37,389 nucleotides of DNA, taken from positions 95,957,073 to 95,994,461 of the forward strand of contig NC_068985.1 in NCBI RefSeq assembly GCF_001194135.2. Reading direction: 5' to 3'. Shown here piece after piece: positions 32,540 to 37,389 of the stretch (position 1 is the stretch's first letter; every line of letters begins with the position of its first letter). The notes under the pieces were generated by a model. The model had not been told where the DNA came from. It searched no databases and saw nothing but the letters and a program-made list of their open reading frames with translations. The position numbers were made by a program, and so were the translations under genes. The DNA is from Octopus bimaculoides (Eukaryota).

Positions 32540-33126
32540 CATTATTATTATTATTATTATTAATAGTGGTAGTAGTAGTAGTAGTAGTTTTTGTTTGCTC
32601 CCATCTTGAAGAGTGTAACATGTTTTTCCAGTTTCCATCGAGTTCCCATAATGGCATTTAAACGTGTAAGTGATAGGTCAGTTATTGTTGTTTTTAGCTA
32701 AATAGTCTGATTCTATTTTTATACGCATGTGTGTATGCTTGATTACACACACATACACACAAACACATGCATGTATACATACACACACACACATGCACAC
32801 ATTTATGCCTCATATGTGTGTTTCTTTCTATGCGAGTACGTATGTTTTGTATGTATATGTGCATGTATATATTATTTATATATGTATGTATATGTGTATA
32901 CATACCATATTTTAATGTGTATAGGAAACCCTCGTGTATAAGGAAACCCCTAATTTTGAGGGCTTAAAATTTGGAAAAAAGATTTTGTAAGGGATTATAA
33001 TATTATCCCTGTATAATAGTCATCATCACTATAGTCATCATCATCATCCCCACCATAAGCTTTCACCACCACCATCACAATTATCTTCTTTATAATCATC
33101 ATCATCATTTTATGTTTGTCTCCTGT

Positions 33127-33496
33127 TCTTTTATATGATTCAATCATTTGATTGCGACCAAACTGGAGCACCGCCTTTAGTTGAACAAATCAACCCCAGG
33201 ACTTATTCGTTGTAAGCCTGGTACTTATTCTGCTGCTAGGTTACGGGGATGTAAACACACCAACATTGGTTGTCAAGTGAAGTAGGGAGGGGGGACAAAC
33301 ACAGACGCACGAACACACACACACATATATATATAATAGGCTTCTTTCATTTTCCATCTACCAAATCCACTCACAAGACGTTGGTTGGCCCGAGGCTATA
33401 GTAGAAGACACTTGCCCAAGATGCCATGCAGTGGGACTGAACCCAGAACCATGTGGTTGGTAAGGAAGCTACTTACCACACAGCCACTCCTGCACC
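33127..33496 (-). mobile_element. SINE family A, full length
   Basis: Tail CAATCATTTGATTGCGACC..., core, head ...GGGACTGAACCCAGAACCATGTGG...CCACACAGCCACTCCTGCACC. Confidence 0.9.
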
Positions 33497-33844
33497 TATC
33501 CTAGCAAAGGTTAGAGAAGTTTTCCTCATCACTGTGTCTCACCATTTGTTGGGGAGTATGTACAAGTATGTGTAAATTCATGTACTCTTATCTTTTATTT
33601 CTTTTCCGGTTTCACTCATTGAACTGCGACAAGGCTGGGGCAATGTCTATCTTTTTTCTACATCTGTTGTTCATGCACTGGTGCACAGACGCATATGTGT
33701 GCATACGTGTGCATGCATGTATAGGTGACTGTGTATGTGTGTATGTGTGTGTGTAGATATTCATGTATCATTGCGTGTATCTGTATGTATTTATACATAT
33801 ATTTATATATGTATTTATATATTTATGCATGTATACATGCATAT

Positions 33845-33848
<4 letters not shown>

Positions 33849-33890
<42 letters not shown>

Positions 33891-34026
33891 NNNNNNNNNN
33901 NNNNNNNNNNNNNNNNNNNNNNNNNNNNNNNNNNNNNNNNNNNNNNNNNNNNNNNNNNNNNNNNNNNNNNNNNNNNNNNNNNNNNNNNNNNNNNNNNNNN
34001 NNNNNNNNNNNNNNNNNNNNNNNNNN

Positions 34027-34060
<34 letters not shown>

Positions 34061-34081
34061 TATATATATATATATATATAC
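33849..34081. repeat. (TA)n microsatellite spanning a gap
   Basis: Seen directly. Confidence 0.9.
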
Positions 34082-34611
34082 ATATGTATACATGTTCATA
34101 TGCAAATATATACATAAATTTACTGGGCTATATGCAGACACATACATATACAAGTGTATATGTATTGGTATATGCACAAGTGCAGTGTATATGTGCATGC
34201 ATGTGTGTGTGCATCCACGTGGAGTTGCATGTAGTTTATATATCACAGTATTGCTATGCATATGTTTGTGTATATGAGTACATGCATGTGGTGTATGGCA
34301 CCATTCGCACATGCTCACACAGAATATGATAACATTTAGCCTACATCTAACCTGTTTACTGCTATTAACATGAGCTAAGAATATATATACTGCATGTAAG
34401 AAGATGAAGAACATTGAAGAAATTTAAATGTCACTTCCAAGACATGATTTTCTGGAAACTTTTCTCGTCTGTAAAGTAAAACCAAGAAGAAAAAAAACAA
34501 AAAAACAGTTTTACATGAAATAGAATCATAGAATCAAACATTAAACAATGCAATGATATATATACATATACACATGCACACACACACACACACACAGAGA
34601 CACATATATAA

Positions 34612-34726
34612 AAGAGACTGGTAGAATAAGTATTAGGCTTACAAAGAATAACTCCTGCGGTCAATTAGTTCGACTAAAGGCGGTGCTCCAGCATGGCCGC
34701 AGTTAGTTGACTGAAACAAGTAAAAG
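34612..34726 (+). mobile_element. SINE family A tail
   Basis: TAGAATAAGTATTAGGCTTACAAAGAATAA...GGCGGTGCTCCAGCATGGCCGCAG...GACTGAAACAAGTAAAAG. Confidence 0.88.
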
Positions 34727-34727
34727 C

Positions 34728-35658
34728 GTAATGAGTATATCTTCTACCATATTGATAACACCTTTTCACCCCTCCAAAATATTCAAGTTTCTATTGGCTA
34801 ATATTCAGTTGTAATGAGTATATCTTCTACCATATTGATAACACCTTTTCACCCCTCCAAAATATTCAAGTTTCTATTGGCTAATATTCAGTTGTAATGA
34901 GTATATCTTCTACCATATTGATAACACCTTTNNNNNNNNNNNNNNNNNNNNNNNNNNNNNNNNNNNNNNNNNNNNNNNNNNNNNNNNNNNNNNNNNNNNN
35001 NNNNNNNNNNNNNNNNNNNNNNNNNNNNNNNNNNNNNNNNNNNNNNNNNNNNNNNNNNNNNNNNNNNNNNNNNNNNNNNNNNNNNNNNNNNNNNNNNNNN
35101 NNNNNNNNNNNNNNNNNNNNNNNNNNNNNNNNNNNNNNNNNNNNNNNNNNNNNNNNNNNNNNNNNNNNNNNNNNNNNNNNNNNNNNNNNNNNNNNNNNNN
35201 NNNNNNNNNNNNNNNNNNNNNNNNNNNNNNNNNNNNNNNNNNNNNNNNNNNNNNNNNNNNNNNNNNNNNNNNNNNNNNNNNNNNNNNNNNNNNNNNNNNN
35301 NNNNNNNNNNNNNNNNNNNNNNNNNNNNNNNNNNNNNNNNNNNNNNNNNNNNNNNNNNNNNNNNNNNNNNNNNNNNNNNNNNNNNNNNNNNNNNNNNNNN
35401 NNNNNNNNNNNNNNNNNNNNNNNNNNNNNNNNNNNNNNNNNNNNNNNNNNNNNNNNNNNNNNNNNNNNNNNNNNNNNNNNNNNNNNNNNNNCGTAATGAG
35501 TATATCTTCTACCATATTGATAACACCTTTTCACCCCTCCAAAATATTCAAGTTTCTATTGGCTAATATTCAGTTGTAATGAGTATATCTTCTACCATAT
35601 TGATAACACCTTTTCACCCCTCCAAAATATTCAAGTTTCTATTGGTTAATATTCAGTT
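34728..35658. repeat. 83-bp tandem repeat (minisatellite) spanning a 560-N gap
   Basis: Units start at 34728, 34811, 34894 (partial), 35493 and 35576; visible copies are identical except one substitution in the last. Confidence 0.95.
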
Positions 35659-35762
35659 GTGTGTGTGTAAATACATGGGGCAATTTCCTAAGTATACATG
35701 ATAAAATTAACCTGTAAAAAAGATAAGAAAGAAGAAAGACCTAATTTTTTTTATTCATCTTA

Positions 35763-36075
35763 TTAATTTTCAACATGTCCAACATCCTTATTAATGCAAA
35801 GAGAAATACGATTCTGTAGTGCTTAGAAAACATTTTCTAGCTGATTTTCAGTAACACCTCCAGTCACATCAGGCTTCTAAGCCACATCAGGCTTCTAAGT
35901 CACATCAGTCTTCTAAGTCACACCAGTTACTCCAGTCACATCAGTCTTCAAGTCTTCTAAAAATCGAGGCTTTGTTGAATAAAAAATACTTTTCATCTGT
36001 TCCCATAAAAAGGAAACCAATGGAGTGAAATTTGGTGAATATGGAGGCCAAAATAATGGTCCATCTCTTCCAAGC

Positions 36076-36077
<2 letters not shown>
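35763..36077 (-). pseudogene. Tc1/mariner DD41D (rosa-like) transposase relic, C-terminal part
   Basis: WLGRDGPLFWPPYSPNFTPLVSFLWEQMKSIFYSTKPRFLEDLKT...GGVTENQLENVF*ALQNRISLCINKDVGHVEN*, matching W.GR.GP..WPP.SPDLTPLDFFLWG and the terminal GGH.E motif. Confidence 0.9.
35862..35950. repeat. 18-bp tandem repeat (about 5 copies) inside the transposase frame
   Basis: Unit AGTCACATCAG(G/T)CTTCTA; keeps the frame but adds TAG stops. Confidence 0.9.
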
Positions 36078-36112
<35 letters not shown>

Positions 36113-36411
36113 GTTTAACGTCCGCTTTCCATGCTAGCATGGGTTGGACGATTTGACTGAGGACTGGTGAAACCGGATGGCAACACCAGGCTCCAATCTA
36201 ATTTGGCAGAGTTTCTACAGCCGGATGCCCTTCCTAACACCAACCACTCAGAGAGTGTAGTGGGTGCTTTTACGTGTCACCCGCACGAAAACGGCCACGC
36301 TCGAAATGGTGTCTTTTATGTGCCACCCGCACAAGCCAGTCCAGGGGCACTGGCAACGATCTCACTCGAAAATCCTACGGGAGCCAGTCAGGCGGTACTG
36401 GCAACGGCCAC
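36076..36411 (-). mobile_element. Young LINE 3' end (probably RTE clade) with (GAT)n tail, inserted in the DD41D relic
   Basis: (CAT)nCGTTTAACGTCCGCTTTCCATGCTAGCATGGGTTGGACG...GCAACGGCCAC; highly similar to the copy at 37076. Confidence 0.85.
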
Positions 36412-36415
36412 AAAT

Positions 36416-36541
36416 GAATTTCTCATTTAGAAATTGTCTAACTTGCAGAGCAAAGTGACAAAGTGCACCATCTTGTTGAAAAACTGTATTCTCTGCCAAT
36501 TCTAATTATTCAAGCTTAGGAATGAAATAATTTTGTTGCAT
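36416..36541 (-). pseudogene. DD41D transposase relic, middle part (second catalytic D)
   Basis: MQQNYFIPKLE*LELAENTVFQQDGALCHFALQVRQFLNEKF; D of FQQDG at 36470-36472. Confidence 0.9.
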
Positions 36542-37075
36542 TGCACCATGATTTTATGGACACTCTCTCTCTCCTCCTCTTTCCCTTCTATCTACTGCCC
36601 ACATGTGACCCGTGACTAATTTTCCCATCTCTGCCTTTTCACCCCGAGACACCAAGCCTGCCAGTCAACATTTTCTTCTCTCTTACTATTTCTCTTTTTT
36701 TATTCCCATTGAGGATTTCTTCTAGGTGTAATCCATCATTCTCGTGTTTGGCCGAAAGGCTTTATCTATTGTGTATTTGTCTATCATTTCAAATTACATT
36801 TCTTTACTTTCCTACATCCACCCTGTATTGTCTTATTTGCTCAAGCCCTAATTCTACGCAAATTTTGCAGGTACCGCCAATATACAAAGTTTTCAGTCTT
36901 ATCGTTAAAGGCACGAAACTGAGTATTAGTATTTTTGGTCGATAACTGATGAAGAATTAGGGTCTTTCTGTGTCTGTCCTATATGTATGTTTTGTAGTAT
37001 TTAATGCACTTTTTATTTATTGAGTAACTGAATGCCACGCATCTCGATTTTTGTTAACAGTAAGTTTTATATATA

Positions 37076-37389
37076 TCATCATCATCATCATCATCATCAT
37101 CATCGTTTAACGTCCGCTTTCCATGCTAGCATGGGTTGGACGATTTGACTGAGGACTGGTGCAACCAGATGGCTACACCAGGCTCCAATCTAATTTGGCA
37201 GAGTTTCTACAGCTGGATGCCCTTCCTAACGCCAACCACTCAGAGAGTGTAGTGGGTGCTTTTATGTGTCACCCGCACGAAAACGGCCACGCTCGAAATG
37301 GTGTCTTTTATGTGCCACCCGCACAAGAGCCAGTCCAGGGGCACTGGCAACGATCTCGCTCGAAAACCCTACAAGGCCAGTCAGGCGGT
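37076..37389 (-). mobile_element. Young LINE 3' end (same family as 36076), runs off the window
   Basis: Same (CAT)n tail and 3' UTR with few substitutions. Confidence 0.85.

Noticed and set aside
34728-35658. CRISPR-like regular repeats
   Set aside because: Pure tandem units with no unique spacers, no cas genes and a eukaryotic context.
36156-36175. CTGAGGA...GAAAC hammerhead-like spacing in the LINE tail
   Set aside because: Only 5 nt between the motifs, so no stem II is possible; it is also antisense to the element.
36167-36458. 87-aa and 64-aa + strand ORFs
   Set aside because: They are antisense readings of a LINE 3' UTR.

Overview
Repeat-dominated, AT-rich eukaryotic window with 12 N-gaps (~3.8 kb), most flanked by microsatellites as in a short-read scaffold. 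The repeat families look like those of an octopus (coleoid cephalopod) genome; this is inference from pattern recognition, not a search. I cannot support any intact host protein-coding gene, tRNA, rRNA or CRISPR array, and nearly all ORF-track entries are microsatellite or gap artefacts. What the sequence does support is a layered transposon graveyard: (1) more than 30 copies or fragments of tRNA-derived SINEs in at least four families, two with 12-13 bp target-site duplications; (2) a mariner transposase relic with its left TIR; (3) a Merlin (ISXO2-like) transposase relic; (4) a DD41D (rosa-like) Tc1/mariner relic split by a young LINE 3' end and carrying an in-frame 18-bp tandem expansion; (5) an RTE reverse-transcriptase fragment and several (GAT)n-tailed LINE 3' ends; (6) two relics of the restriction-like endonuclease (RLE) domain of R4/Dong-like non-LTR elements; (7) a complete 246-bp non-autonomous Helitron; (8) a Tc2/pogo-like end with a triplicated terminus; (9) hammerhead-like motifs of the Penelope type; (10) an 83-bp satellite whose unit resembles an RT active-site motif. 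A few unique, non-repetitive islands could be regulatory elements or small exons of an unseen host gene. All alignments and translations were done by eye, so boundaries of decayed copies are approximate.
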